NCBI GenBank assembly: GCA_036172245.1
Contig: JAYWIR010000004.1
Span: 4,588,001 to 4,652,000 of the forward strand
DNA: 64,000 bases
Origin: Raillietiella orientalis
Taxonomy: Eukaryota
Direction: 5' to 3'
Positions 1 through 12,410 of this stretch are shown here, piece by piece. Position numbers and translations under genes: made by a program. The notes below the pieces were generated by a model that made no database searches, had not been told where the DNA came from, and worked only from the letters and a program-made list of their open reading frames with translations. The first letter of the stretch is position 1. Each line of letters starts with the position of its first letter.

Positions 1-2290
1 CCTTGCAGTTACTCTTTGTTCTGTAGTGCTTATTTGTTTTGCATGGTGCTTTTAAAGTGGTTCCAGAGAGTCCGGAAATGCTGAAATGCCCTTTAGAAAA
101 CTACCATGGGGTGCACTCAAAGAAATACAAATCACTCATAGAAAACCGATACCTCGCTATCATGTCTTAGTTCTTCCGGCTCAGAATAAACCAAATAATC
201 TTCCGCTCTCCTGAATAATCTTTCAAGAGATTTTCTAAGAAGCGTATGATTTCGAATGATAAACTTTGTTTGCCTGTTTTTTTCTTTCATATCAAAGTAA
301 CAGACGCAGTGATTATGCTGCATAAATTATGCACTGAAGCATAAAAACAGATAGGAGGGATTTGGCATTTGGATAGCTCAAACTATCAGTGTGGGGACAT
401 CAAAACGATTGGATCAAAGCAAGATTATACGCAGGTAATCCTAAATTCAATATTTGTACCATCACATGAATAATCGAAATTGGTGCTGACCCACAGAACA
501 TTACAAAGCACACATTGGAAAGTGTTCAGTTGAATGTAAAAGGACAAATATTTGAATCCCGAATCCAGTGTGTGCCTTTAATTTCAGTGTTTTCATGATG
601 CCATTGAATTGTAAATGCGGAATTCCAAAAGTCAGTAATTTGTACAAAAGAGTACAATCGACCATCCAGGGAAGTCAGCTAAGTTTCTAGAGAAGTCAAG
701 AATTCCCAGCTCTTCCCTAATACATTTTGGAACTTGTAAAACGAACATGCAAAGAGTTGGCTAGTCTTATCAACGAGAAATCGAGGTATTGCTAATTCAA
801 GCAGAAGCTATAGGAAAACCTAAAAGACGTCATGGTTATGACATTTCTGCTCGCAAAAAGAAGCAGTGAACGATATAGTAGAATTCATCAATATCTGCAC
901 TCTTGACGTGTGTATAACAAATATATTCCTTTATCAGTTTGCTTTCCGAAGATTACATGGAGCATCCATCAATCACTTTTTTCTTCGTGGCAATCAGAAT
1001 GAATCAAACCGAGCTTCACCCAAACTACGCAAAAGAAATAGCTGGCTGAGAATGCCTTCAACTGCTAAGGACGGCTGTAACCGTTCTGCGATACAGATAT
1101 AACCTTTAAAGGGTTACAACCGTTTTAGAGGTTATGGGCGCCTTCATTTGTTGCTTTGTCCTGCTCTGCTTATGCTCGCGACGCTCTGTACAGTGCGAAT
1201 AGAAACATTTAGAAGTAAAAGGACAGACACTTCTCCAATGATAGATTCTCGTAGAATGGACAGCGGTGGATTTCAGCGGAAGTTCGGAATGATACACAAG
1301 TGTCTGATCGAAACTTACGTATTGTGAAACTGCTTGTACAGAGTCGCAGCACTTGCCGTTTCTCTTGTTTAGAGAAAGTGTACACGAAAGCATCATGTGG
1401 TTACTGTAAAAACATCGTTCATTGAATTTTCAGTCATTACGAAATGGTGAGGTTATTCGAATGAAATGAAATGAAATTCATTTCGATCCTAGAGCAGCTT
1501 TCAGTTGAGACCTTCTATTATTAGAACTCGAATTTTCTAAGAATTCTAAATGCCCTGCCACCCACTGTGTTTTAAACATGACGTTTTATTTCACTTTTCC
1601 CAATCCGGAAGAATGCTTTCCCTTTTCATTTTGAGATTTACGTAGTAAATTGGTTGCGTCCCTGCGACCGTCAGTTGAATTCTTCCAAGGTGATACCGGT
1701 GTTCTGTACCGTACTTCTGATGCAGTGTCAGTTCAATAATTTTTGGTGCATCGGCATCACAGCTAATGAGTCTGCATTTCCGGCGATCATCTGCAAAATT
1801 TACTTTTCTTGAAATCTGCATGCTTTTCAAGTAATCTCTTGCGATTCATGCATGTGGAGCATTCATGTCATGATCTTCTGCAGGATTTATTTAATACATT
1901 CTCGCAGACTTCCTATTTCTTTATTTTACGCTTGGAAGAAACCCTTTTCAAAAACGCTGACGTGCATCCACAATGAAATCAGTTTTCATTTGTGTGCTTC
2001 TGCTCTAGTTGCTTTCCTCTCATTAGAACGCGTTTCCTCCAAATCTCAAACCTACTAGGAACGTGTGCTTTCTGGATTCCTTTCATTTTCCAGGTATCCT
2101 CGTTCTTTAATGAATGGTTGGGTCGTAAGATAAAAAAAAGGCTACTTTTTCTACGTCAGCAGCCTCCTCGCATTAGGTCTCAATCTTGTTTTTCATGCAG
2201 CGGATTTTTTATTTAGAAGCTATCGTAATGTATTTGTCTCATCCATCTAAATTCACTTCAGAAATTGTACAGCCCCTACAGGTAGCCTTT

Positions 2291-4010
2291 GGTACTCCGT
2301 TAGCCTTTGGTACACCAATAGGAACGTGGTCGTTCCTATTGGTGCGGCGTGGGAGGGGCAGTCCGACTGGATCCGCCTGGGGATCCCGACCGCTTCGTCC
2401 ATGCAATATCTGGCCGTTCCGCTGGGGAACACCAGCCCAGTGGAAGTGTGGTCGGACTGCCTTCGGAAGGCTACGAGTGCTCTGAGCCCGTTCCACCATG
2501 GCAGGTTCGTCCTGCCGGAGCGGGCCACGATATGGAACACCTTCATTGCCCCCCTCTTGCGTCCCTTGCTTTTTGTTTGCCCGCCCCCCTACTCGGCCAA
2601 GCTCCAGGCACAAAGCCTGTTGAGGAACGCTCTGTGGGGATCTGCGAGGTCCAGGATCCACCTCAAAGACTTGGCGGCTCCGCGTCAGGATGCTGGCTTA
2701 GGCATCCTGACGCTGGAGAGAATCGAGCTGCAGGTGCAGCTTCGGATGTCGGCCCTGTGCGCCAACCTTTGGTCCACTCCGTGGTGCGCTCCCGCGCGCC
2801 TGCTCCTGCGGCGCTGCACCGGCAGCGATGGACTTCTGTCGCTGCGGCCGCACACGGAGCGCTTCACGAATAGCTTCGGTTTCCCGTTGAAACCGCTCCA
2901 CCGGCTCCTGGCAGACCAGGAATGGATCTCCTGCCGCCCAACGAACTTTGAATCCTGGCGGCAGGAACCGTTGCATGGCTGGGCAAAGCACCAGGATGTT
3001 TCCCTCCTGGAACTCCGTTGCGCTCACCTCTCCCCGTACTGCACGGTGGATGAGGTGTGCAACAGCCAGGAGAAGTGGACTCGCCTGGCCGTCACGCCCC
3101 TCGCCGACGCGCTGTCAGCCCTCAGGGCAAGAGATGACAGCTGCGAACCGGCGAGATGGGAGGTCGCCTGCACCATCGCAGGAACAACACGACCCATTGG
3201 CGGCAGGAGGACTTGCGAGCTGGCAGACGCCGCCACGCCTCGCCACATCCCGAAGGGACTTCTTCGATGGAGTGAACACTTGAGTGTGGCCCCCGAAGAA
3301 CTTGTGGTCCCTCCCTCCTGTTTGAACACTTCTGTGTTCCCCCTTTCGTGGAAGCAGGACGTGATCATGCTGGTGCATTGGGGTTTTCACTCCAGCCAGC
3401 GGACGAACCGTGTTTCCGGGGGAGTTGTCTCCCCGAACTGTAAACGGTGCGGGGACGTGGAAACGCTCCCGCACCTGCTCTTGGACTGCGGTGTCCTCCA
3501 AAGACTGTGGAGGAGACTGGCCTCAGCTCTCCTGCACCAAGGGGAGACCGCGAGAGACTTGATGCGCCGCTTCTTCACGCCAGGCGGCCTTTCTTTAGGT
3601 GCTGTCGTTGCAACCGTGTGTTGCACCCGCGCCATCGACAAGGCCCACCGAGAGCTGGAGAAGCTGGCCATCCTTCGTCAGCCCACCGGATTAGCCAGCG
3701 CAAGCATGTCGTCGGCTGCCGAGTGGGCCCACCTACCAGAGAGCGTGAGGAGAGAGATCGCCGGCATCCATCGCCGGTTCTGAAAGAAAGGAACGGCCGA
3801 ACCAAAGACCCCTGTCCCCTGCCCTCCATATTTTTCTTTTTATTTTTTTATAGTAGTGTATTTGTGGTCCCCTCCCTCCCGTTCCGGACTTTCGGCATAC
3901 CGACCTGCGTGTCGGGGATCCCACCCCCTTCGTTTCTTGTTTTTCCCTTTGTCCAGGAACTCTGTTCCCGGATAGTTTTTAATAAACGCTCCGGCGCACC
4001 CGGGTGATAA
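2291..4010 (+). mobile_element. 5'-truncated L1/Tx1-like non-LTR retrotransposon, young copy
   Basis: Flanked by a perfect 13-bp direct repeat ACAGGTAGCCTTT (2278-2290 and 4011-4023). The GC-rich body holds an ORF2 C-terminus, followed by a T-rich/C-rich 3' UTR and the terminus AATAAACGCTCCGGCGCACCCGGGTGA. Confidence 0.92.
2326..3783 (+). CDS. C-terminal part of non-LTR ORF2 (end of RT, thumb, zf-RVT-like zinc finger); truncated, with no endonuclease or RT catalytic core
   Basis: 485 uninterrupted codons containing QYLAVPL (YLG-like end of RT), LWG...LAAPRQDAGLGI (GGLG-like motif of L1/Tx1 ORF2) and CKRCGDVETLPHLLLDC (CX2C...HX4C). Confidence 0.85.
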   Translation: MVVPIGAAWEGQSDWIRLGIPTASSMQYLAVPLGNTSPVEVWSDCLRKATSALSPFHHGRFVLPERATIWNTFIAPLLRPLLFVCPPPYSAKLQAQSLLRNALWGSARSRIHLKDLAAPRQDAGLGILTLERIELQVQLRMSALCANLWSTPWCAPARLLLRRCTGSDGLLSLRPHTERFTNSFGFPLKPLHRLLADQEWISCRPTNFESWRQEPLHGWAKHQDVSLLELRCAHLSPYCTVDEVCNSQEKWTRLAVTPLADALSALRARDDSCEPARWEVACTIAGTTRPIGGRRTCELADAATPRHIPKGLLRWSEHLSVAPEELVVPPSCLNTSVFPLSWKQDVIMLVHWGFHSSQRTNRVSGGVVSPNCKRCGDVETLPHLLLDCGVLQRLWRRLASALLHQGETARDLMRRFFTPGGLSLGAVVATVCCTRAIDKAHRELEKLAILRQPTGLASASMSSAAEWAHLPESVRREIAGIHRRF

Positions 4011-6423
4011 ACAGGTAGCCTTTAAGTTGCCGTAGGCATTATCCAACGACTCAAGAAACGAGATTTTTTCTAGGCCAGCCGTTCAAGGGAGGACGTTTCT
4101 CCAGCTTCGTTTCCTGCTTAGAAAATGAAATTTAGTCTCAAATTTAGTGTCCAGAAGAATGCCTTCTGATGAGCAAAAGATGTCCCAAGCACTCAACGTG
4201 GAGTCAGAATGCATTTGTAGATCATTTTGCCCTACAGTCATCAGGAATAAGAGATGAAGCTTTATGAGGGCGAAAGCTCTTATGTCTTCTATCTGAATTC
4301 CTGTGGTGCTTTCCTCATAAATTGCATGCACCTTGGATGCTTGCATTTCCCTAACTTCAGGAGATTTCAGTTTGTAACTGTATGCGGTCGCAAACATCAC
4401 CTTCAAGTGTCTTACGAAATTAAAACCATACACTGTTTCATTTCGTCTTTTTCACTTTCACATAGCCTTATGCAATGACAATCCCCCCATCTTTTTGTGT
4501 TGATATGAGGATGCTGCACGAAGCTGCCATCCATATGGCGATTGTCCTGATAGAGTCCCTGGTGATTTTCGATTCTGCTCCTCCGACTTACTCGAGCCCG
4601 GAATTTCAGTTGTAATAAGCAGCTAAAGTCCTGAAGAGCAATCCGGATATGAATTTCGCAAACGTCCTTTGAATCATCTTTCTCAATCCAGATATCGGGT
4701 AATTTGCGGATATTGCATTCTTTGTAGTCATTATTTCAACTTTTGCGACTGATCCTTCTACAACACATGCAAGAGGCTGCTTTCCTCACCGGTGAGAAGC
4801 GTACGAGCTTTCTAAAACTGCCCTTACCTTCTCTTCTCCCACTTTCAAAATACAAATCGCATGAGTTCCTAGTCTTCCATGTGTTCTGTGAGATACACAG
4901 CAAATTGCGAAAACCTTGAGGATGCGCTTTTAGTCTTGAGTGCTTCAGCTTTGGATTCGCAGAGTGTTTTGTAATTCAAAAAGTTTCTCATGAAAGATCC
5001 ATGCAGCCTCCCTCATTTTTGATTACCGTGTTTATTTCTACCTGTGCTATAGCACATTATGATCCACAGTTTCTGCTAGTAAATCCGTGCTACACTTTGA
5101 GTGTGCTTTCTTGCTGCCCCTAGGCGCTTGCGATCTGTCTCTGCGACTCATTTTCAACTATTTCTGGGATGCTGGGCGAGCATTTCAGTTTGCAAACTTT
5201 GCTTTTCAAATCACATCTAGTGCTGATTTTCCCGTGCTAAACACCCCAAGATGGTTTCAAAAAGAGCGCATGGACAATGCAGCCATCCCGAAGCAGTTTT
5301 CTCCCAGTACATTCAGTTGGGTGGGACGATTCGCTGCCATTGGAAGTCCAGAGCAATATTCCTGTATTGGAGAGAGAGTCCTGTTGAGGAGGCATGAAAA
5401 CTGGCTTGATTGAAAACCGGCAACCAGGGTATTCCGTGTATTGGACCAAGAGCTAGCTGGAGAGAGGGGCAAAGTCAGTCAGCAAATGCTTTCGATTGAC
5501 ACTGTCAAAGCGTTGCCGCTCTTTATTGGAAGCAATCGCGCTTCAGCAGCCGAGGCACGAATGTCTCTCGTGTAAAGTGCATCTTTGGAAACAGCGCTGG
5601 CCACTCTCAGGACCGGGAGGGAATGCTTTGGAAGAAATAAAAGCACGGCTACATCACGAATTGAATTGGTTTTCCACCTCATTCGTCCTCGAACGAAGGA
5701 TTGAATTCGTTTGGCATTGTAAGCCGATGAAATTCAAAACAAATGAATCGTTAAGCGCTCTTTCGTATCAATTGGTCCCCAATCATGACGTATTTGCCAT
5801 GCCATATAATGCTATAGAGCTAAATGAAGTTTCACTCAGAATAATTTTCCGTATCCTCTCAACACAATGAAGAAGGGAATGCGAAATATATAGAAGGATT
5901 GCTCAAAAAGCAGCTTACTTCAAAAGGTTGCAAGCTCCACCAGCGTCTTCGCGATCGGAATGAGATGAGCAATTAGCATGCAGATATTAGGAATCCGTTG
6001 TTTCCGAAGAAGATTCTATCAGTCTGCAAGCATCGAACGTGGCCACCTTAAATTCTCTAAGAGCTTGCAGGGAATCGTAAGAGCGGACTCGAAACGAAAC
6101 AACCCTTAGGGCTATTGAATCGAATCGCGTCCACTGGCAGAAGGAAAGAATCGTAATAACTCCGTGAAGATTCGCATTGGTAATAGTAGTTGTGAAAAAA
6201 TGCACCATTTATTTAACTTTGCCCTCATGGCAAATTTACAGCTGAGGCACGAATATTTTATCCATTAAAATCACGACTGATCTATTTCGTTCCCTCGGTG
6301 GAAATTTTGTGCCCAGTCACTCGTCAAGTATTTGTGACTTAATTGACCACTTAAGAAACATCCAGGAAACAATGGGCAATGTTTTGCAGGATCTCTAATG
6401 AAAATTGTCTGAGAAAGCAATAA

Positions 6424-6452
6424 AGCACATTTCCTTTCAAAGGAAATGTGCT
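6424..6452. repeat. Perfect palindrome, 14-bp arms, 1-nt spacer
   Basis: AGCACATTTCCTTT-C-AAAGGAAATGTGCT. Confidence 0.95.
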
Positions 6453-7340
6453 CTTCTCTTCGGGCAGGCAAGGTCTTCCGGCACATATAAAACCATTCCA
6501 AATTTCGGATTTCACAGTTTGCTCTCAAAAGCTGCTCTCATTACCGTGGTTTTACGAACAAATATTTGTTCTCATTTGGACTTGACCTATAATAAAAGCA
6601 TCCACCAGAGTTTATGCGAGCAATTCTAACTAATCAATAAATAGAGATTGCCGTCAAGTTCAAATTTACATCGAAGCCATGACTGTTTTCTGGATACGGA
6701 GATTTTAATAGAGAACATTTTCCAAGCACAATAAGCACAATTTCATACATGATTTCGGCAAGAGACAGCAATGTAAGTGAAGGTACAGGTACTTGAATCT
6801 GGATGAGCAAGGGATGCTTACAAAATACATATCCATGAAAGTTGCAATCCAAAAACGAAGTTTGCTGTAATTTAGGTTTTAGATCGTACTTTTCTGCCAA
6901 TACATGTCCGAGCTCTTCCTTGGTCATGTACGCGGATCGATAAATGTGTGACCGGGAATTCAGTTAAAGTTCATAAGATAATGGCAAAAAGGGATATAAA
7001 CAGATGAAGTAGCAAGTTTCCAGCACCTTCTTCGTCTGAGATTTTTGGAGGTTCTATCTTTCATGTTGACCATCGATATTTCTAGTAGACATCCCAGGAC
7101 GTCACGTATTCGAGAACATCATTTCCTTTCTGACGTGCTCTGCCTTCCTTTTGGGATGTTGCAATTCCCTCAGCACTTCACAATTTCCCCAAGACCCAAG
7201 AGATCTTACCACAATTGCTCTCGCAATAGCAATCACTCCTTTGGAAGCTTCCTTGATTCTTGCTCTACTTCTGTTTTGCATCTTTCATTGCCGTTGACGA
7301 ACGCTCTCATAGGTGAGCCAGGTCTAGTGTGGTCCTTATT

Positions 7341-7698
7341 CCTGGAGCACTGCATCTGTCTTCAACTTCGAATGCGTTCCTACCTCGGACAACGGATTCG
7401 AAAGATTCGATTTGTGGAACTTCCTTTACGGATGGCCACCCAATGTTTTTAATGGACGTCTCCTTTCGAGGGCCAACCTGAAACACCATTGCCTTTCTTC
7501 TGTGCTCCTCCTGCTGGCTGAGAAGTTTTCATTGTCCCAATTCTTACTATTTCTCGGATCCTTACAATGAGAGTCTATTTTAGAGGTCAAGTGTCGATCC
7601 AGTCATCGATACTTAATCCTTCTGTATTTCCTCGTCCAGCGCCTTGTGTGACCCTTTGCCTGGAGCACTGCAACTGACTCCAGATTCGAATGCCTTCC
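7341..7698. repeat. Diverged 40-bp direct repeat (7341-7380 and 7659-7698)
   Basis: CCTGGAGCACTGCA...TTCGAATGC.TTCC, 34/40 identical, offset 318 nt. Confidence 0.8.
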
Positions 7699-9773
7699 CG
7701 TCAACCAGCCCCCACTGTTTCAGGGTAGCCCTCGTGGTTGGGTCACCGACCCGTTATACCTCTCCGAGATCCTGTTCTGGTTATAGATGCATTTTTTGAG
7801 GATGTGCCCCAGAGATTGTTTTCATTCTCCTCACCTGCACAATGGATCGGTGTCTTCCACGGTGAGCAACGAACCTTTGTACAGGTAAAAGATAGAGAGA
7901 CACCCCACGTGGAGAAAGCTGCAAAGAAAAGTTGTTGGTCCTTGAAGAGCAGGTATTTCGAAGTTTGACGCTGGCCCTGGTCTTCTCTTGACCCGGGTGC
8001 TTTGGAATAAAGGATGCTCATACTGCCTTACGCCGAAAAGTGCGCGTGCTTCAGGAGCTCATGTGCGCGTCACTTGGGGAGTTCCAAAATGTAATCATGG
8101 GTGACCCTATTCAAGCCTACTTCGTAAACGTGATGAACTAAATGATTTGCTGAATGTGCGACAAGCCAGGAAGACTGATGGCATTTCATGTTTTTATCCC
8201 TGGAACAAGCGGTTTTGGAAGTGAGATTAACAGTTGTCCTTCAAATCTTATATGGCTCTCAAACAAGGTTTCAAGTGAATTTTCTTTGGTTAATTTCGAA
8301 AAGCGGAATCACCAGACTTTGAGTTGTACTGGATCTGGTCCGAACCGTGGTCATAGTTGAGCTTTTTATCCGAAATTATGCATTGACAACATCGGTGCCC
8401 TTCCAACTCAAGTTGTGTTTTAGACGAGAACTTATACATTTTCAATTTCTCTCTGCCAGAAAAATGGATGTAAGAGTTGGCGATCAACTTAGAGGCGCAT
8501 CATGACAACTAGTTCAGAAATATTTTCAACAACATATTTTTTCATTTTTCTTCATATTCTTCGGGAAAACTTGACAAGCAAAACTCGTTCAAAACTCTGT
8601 CAAGTTAGCGTGACGATGCTGTCATCTGTATCATGTCGATCTGTGCAATGATCACAAGTTTACAATCTGAGATACCTATCTTCTTCACCAGCAGGGATCA
8701 GACGGTGAAACTCAAGATATCTTCTCTCTAGAAGATTTCACGGAGATAGAAAAGAGGTGTTGATAAGATTTTATTCTAAAAGAGTGGTGTTGTAATTTGT
8801 GCATCCATTTATTTCTGCACTTGATTTTGACAATGAAATTGATGCTTTTGATTAGGGTGACAGATTTTTGCTGCCAATGAATGTGTGAAATGAACGCGAG
8901 GATGTGCTATCAAAACAGTAACACTAGTGTATGGTAATCATTCAAAAACACGGCCCTCTATTCAGAGAAACATGTCTTCACGGAGAGTTTTGTTTGTTTG
9001 TGTTTTTGCTTTACGCGAGAGAAACACAAAACATCGGAGAACACTGCTTCGGATGACCTTCTGAGACAAATGAAAACGAATCGCCACTGCCTCCTATATA
9101 AGGATAGCAACGTGAAGTCCATCACCAGCCATTTATTCAGCGCCACCCAACTTTCCTGTGACACCATGATACAGAGAGAATTTTTCTCAGAGCCTGACGG
9201 TGAATTGAGAGTACCTGCTCAAACCTGCAATCAAGGATTCTCATTTTGTCCACTTTTTCAAAACTTGAACTTTTATCTTCTCTTCCTTCCTTGACAGCCG
9301 GTTTCTACATTTATTGCGAATCGTAATAACACCAAAAGAAAGAGAAAACGGATGCATTGGGACGCTAGTTTTTGCCAAAGTCCGAAGGATTTTGGACGCG
9401 CTAGTGATAAGCCGCTGACTTATCAATGAGGGTCACCTCAGGGAAGGATAGTAAAGAGTAGTAAATAAAGAAGCGGAAAACGACGTCAGAGACTGAGGAG
9501 AGGGAGATGCAAGGGATAGAAAGATCAGTGGCATTCCTCTGAAGTTTCTTGCATTTTGTTTAGGATGTTGGCAAGTTCCACCCTTGAATCCAAGAGGTGA
9601 GACCACCTCGTTGTCCTCTCGCTTTTTGTATTGATTGAACTGCAACTAGTTTTTCTGATTCCGTGGCAGTATGAATAACGGAAAAAGCTTTGCCTTGAGG
9701 AGAAACCCATCATACGACCTCTTCACCAGCTCTCGACTGATGAAGAGAATGACGACTGAAGGATCCATGACAA

Positions 9774-9808
9774 ACACTTTGATCTTAGCCAAAAGGCCGA
9801 GAAGCGAT
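9774..9808 (-). pseudogene. U2: U2 snRNA 5' fragment (nt 1-35)
   Basis: The minus strand reads ATCGCTTCTCGGCCTTTTGGCTAAGATCAAAGTGT, the conserved U2 5' end. The rest of U2 (GTAGTATCTG..., Sm site) is absent. Confidence 0.95.
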
Positions 9809-10641
9809 GGTTCATTCCAGAGTGCAGTTGATGTCCCTAATGAAATTTCTGAATGAGACGAGGTGAAGACGAAAGACAAAGTGAAGACTACGAGTGACAG
9901 ATCACCCTGCCATTGGAACCTAGAAAAGCTCGTTGAAAAACTCCAAGCTCGAAAAACCAATGTGTCCTTCTAATCTGTGAAGGGGACAGCAAAGACACAG
10001 ACTTTCTTGTTTGTAGAAGACGATGCCAGAAATGGGGATCATTTGCAGCATTCGAATTTTTTTTTTGGATGGTTTTCGACAGACAACCAAAAATTCAGGG
10101 TTTACTGCTTCTTAGTCACAGCTGTGTCTTTCGGAATTCGGAATTCACTCGTTCCTGGCTCTCTGGCAGAATCCCTTCGTTTCAAAACAATGAGAGAAGA
10201 ATTTTTTTCAACTCCTGACTCTGTTCTCTTGGGAGAATGGCACTAGAGAGCACTCATATGCCTCTGACTCCCTTGCTTATTGTGTATCCCGTTTCGGGAC
10301 GAGAAAAACGTCTGAGGTCATCAATAAGTCGTGATCCTTTCCCTGAACCGGAGAGCGACAGATCGAGTCTAAAGGGAAGCTGCTGCACTTAGGACAAGAT
10401 ACACCTATGCGGAGTGATTAGCATATGACTTTACTTTTGCAGTTCGTGCAACAGATCTGAGAACAGAAGCGTGAAAGGAAAGAACTTTAGACACCGAGTG
10501 GCCTCATCCTGTCCTGACTAGGCCGTTTGTTTAAAGGGAATAGCAAGAAAAGGTCCCAAATCGGCAGGCCCAAGGCTAAAGCGATCCCAGCTCACTGAGA
10601 AATGACTAAGGAGGCAGTGAAGGGTGAGAAAGGAGGATTAT

Positions 10642-12362
10642 CCTGTTAAGCGAGTTTGACGTACGTCTACGTTTTGCAAAGGCACCACTGTGGTACGTTT
10701 GACGGATATGTACGCGGTGAGAAAAAAAAATCACCCATTGCTATCCAAATACGGAACTTCAGTAAAAAGTTGAAGCAATCTCATTTATTTGTGTATTTTA
10801 CTTATATTTTGATCAGGACTGCAATTAAGTTTTTATCAAAGCATTTTTGACATGATGTAAGGTATGCCGACCAAACCAAAAATTCTTCTTCCTCTTATTT
10901 TTACATACTAATTTTGCTCAGATAATTTTTACATAATTGAAGCTCCAATCGAGGACAATAATAATCTTCCTCAGTTAAGGCGTCAAATGATTCGTTTTGG
11001 CAAAAAGTGATCTCTGCAAGGCATAGACGCAATTTTAGTTTTTTTCATTTTGAAAATAACCAAAGAATGACTTCAAGAAGCAGAATCTCCAAAATTGAAA
11101 CTGTTTGGAAAAATATTCAGCATAAATGCAGATCCTTATATACATTCCAGAACAAGACATTTGTGTTGAACAAGATATTTGTGAATCCTTGTTGTTGTGC
11201 AAAGGGCGATTGTCTTGGAAGCAGTATATACACCTTCTAAAAGGAGTCGTTTTGGAATGAAATGTTTTGTCTTATGCGAAAGTCAACCTGGATAGATTTG
11301 GAATTTCTGAGCATACATTGGCACAAATACAGGAGGTGGTCAAAATCATCCTCAATATAATAAGACTGCGACTCGCATGGTTCTTGAACTTTCTCATCGC
11401 CTATTAAGCCAGAGACATAAATTCTATTTAAATAATTGGTACACAAGTATAGAGCTAGCACAGAAACTATGTACTTGTAGGACACATTATTGGTACAATG
11501 CGACAGCAGAGACTTGGCATTCCTGAAGATTTGAAAACAATTTCTCTAAAGAAAGGTCGGTATATTGCAAGATAAAACAACAAAATAATGTTATTGAAGT
11601 GGTGGTACAAAAGGGATGTACTGTTCCTCAGTACTACACATGGCGGCGATATGGTGGAAACAGAGAAACGAGGTGTTGTAAAGGGAAGGCTTGAAGTGGT
11701 TGTTGGCTATGAAAAAAAAATGGGTACAGTGGATAGAAGCGATGCAGCATATGAGCTGGCAAGAAAGAGGTTGAAGAAGTATTAAAGGAAAATATTCTCC
11801 ATCTTTTAGACGCTATGTGCTTGAATTCATATTATATGAAAAAAAGAATGGAAAATTAAAGTGATTCAGTTCTTTTGCTCGAATGCATTGAACAAATTAT
11901 TGAGGAATCTTCAGCTCAAGAAACTGTGACAATTGGTCGACCAGTTGCCAAGGCTATACCTCTCATCGGAAACCATTCTCCACATTTTATACCATCTACA
12001 TTATCGAAAAATAGTGCATCGCGAAGATGCATCTATGTGATCAAAAAAATGGCATTTGTAGGGAAACACGATGCTGGTGCTTAACCTGTGAGGTGCCACT
12101 TTGTGTCGTATCTTGCTTTGGAAAATATCATGCTTCAGAATCAGATTGAATTCCTCATGAGTTCTTTATTTTTCCTATGCATCAAGTTTTTCATTTTCTG
12201 TCAATAGCGGAATTTTTATGAATAAATCTTTTTCTTTTTTCTTTTTTCTCCATTGAAACTTACAATAGATACATTTGCTGTGCGTTTGACGTATTCGTTA
12301 AAGCCAATTTTAATTACGCACCCACGGATGCACTTTTGAAAAAAAATTACTCTCTTAACAGG
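10642..12362 (+). mobile_element. Decayed, probably internally deleted piggyBac DNA transposon
   Basis: 14-bp TIRs CCTGTTAAGCGAGT (10642-10655) and ACTCTCTTAACAGG (12349-12362), 1 mismatch. Flanked by TTAT on the left and TTAA on the right, with transposase remnants inside. Confidence 0.9.
11007..12135 (+). pseudogene. piggyBac transposase remnant with stops and frameshifts
   Basis: Motifs PSKRSRFGMKCFVLCES (~11233), KWWYKRDVLFLSTTH and YEKKMGTVDRSD (11588-11785), and a Cys-rich C-terminus CLTCEVPLCVVSCFGKYH (~12078-12131). Confidence 0.9.
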
Positions 12363-12410
12363 TTAATAAATGAATAACAAAATGAGATGGAATGGGACAT
12401 CGTGGAGTGA

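Noticed and set aside
9774..9808. Functional U2 snRNA gene
   Set aside because: Only 35 nt are present, with no Sm site or 3' stem-loops. The same applies to 17361-17396.
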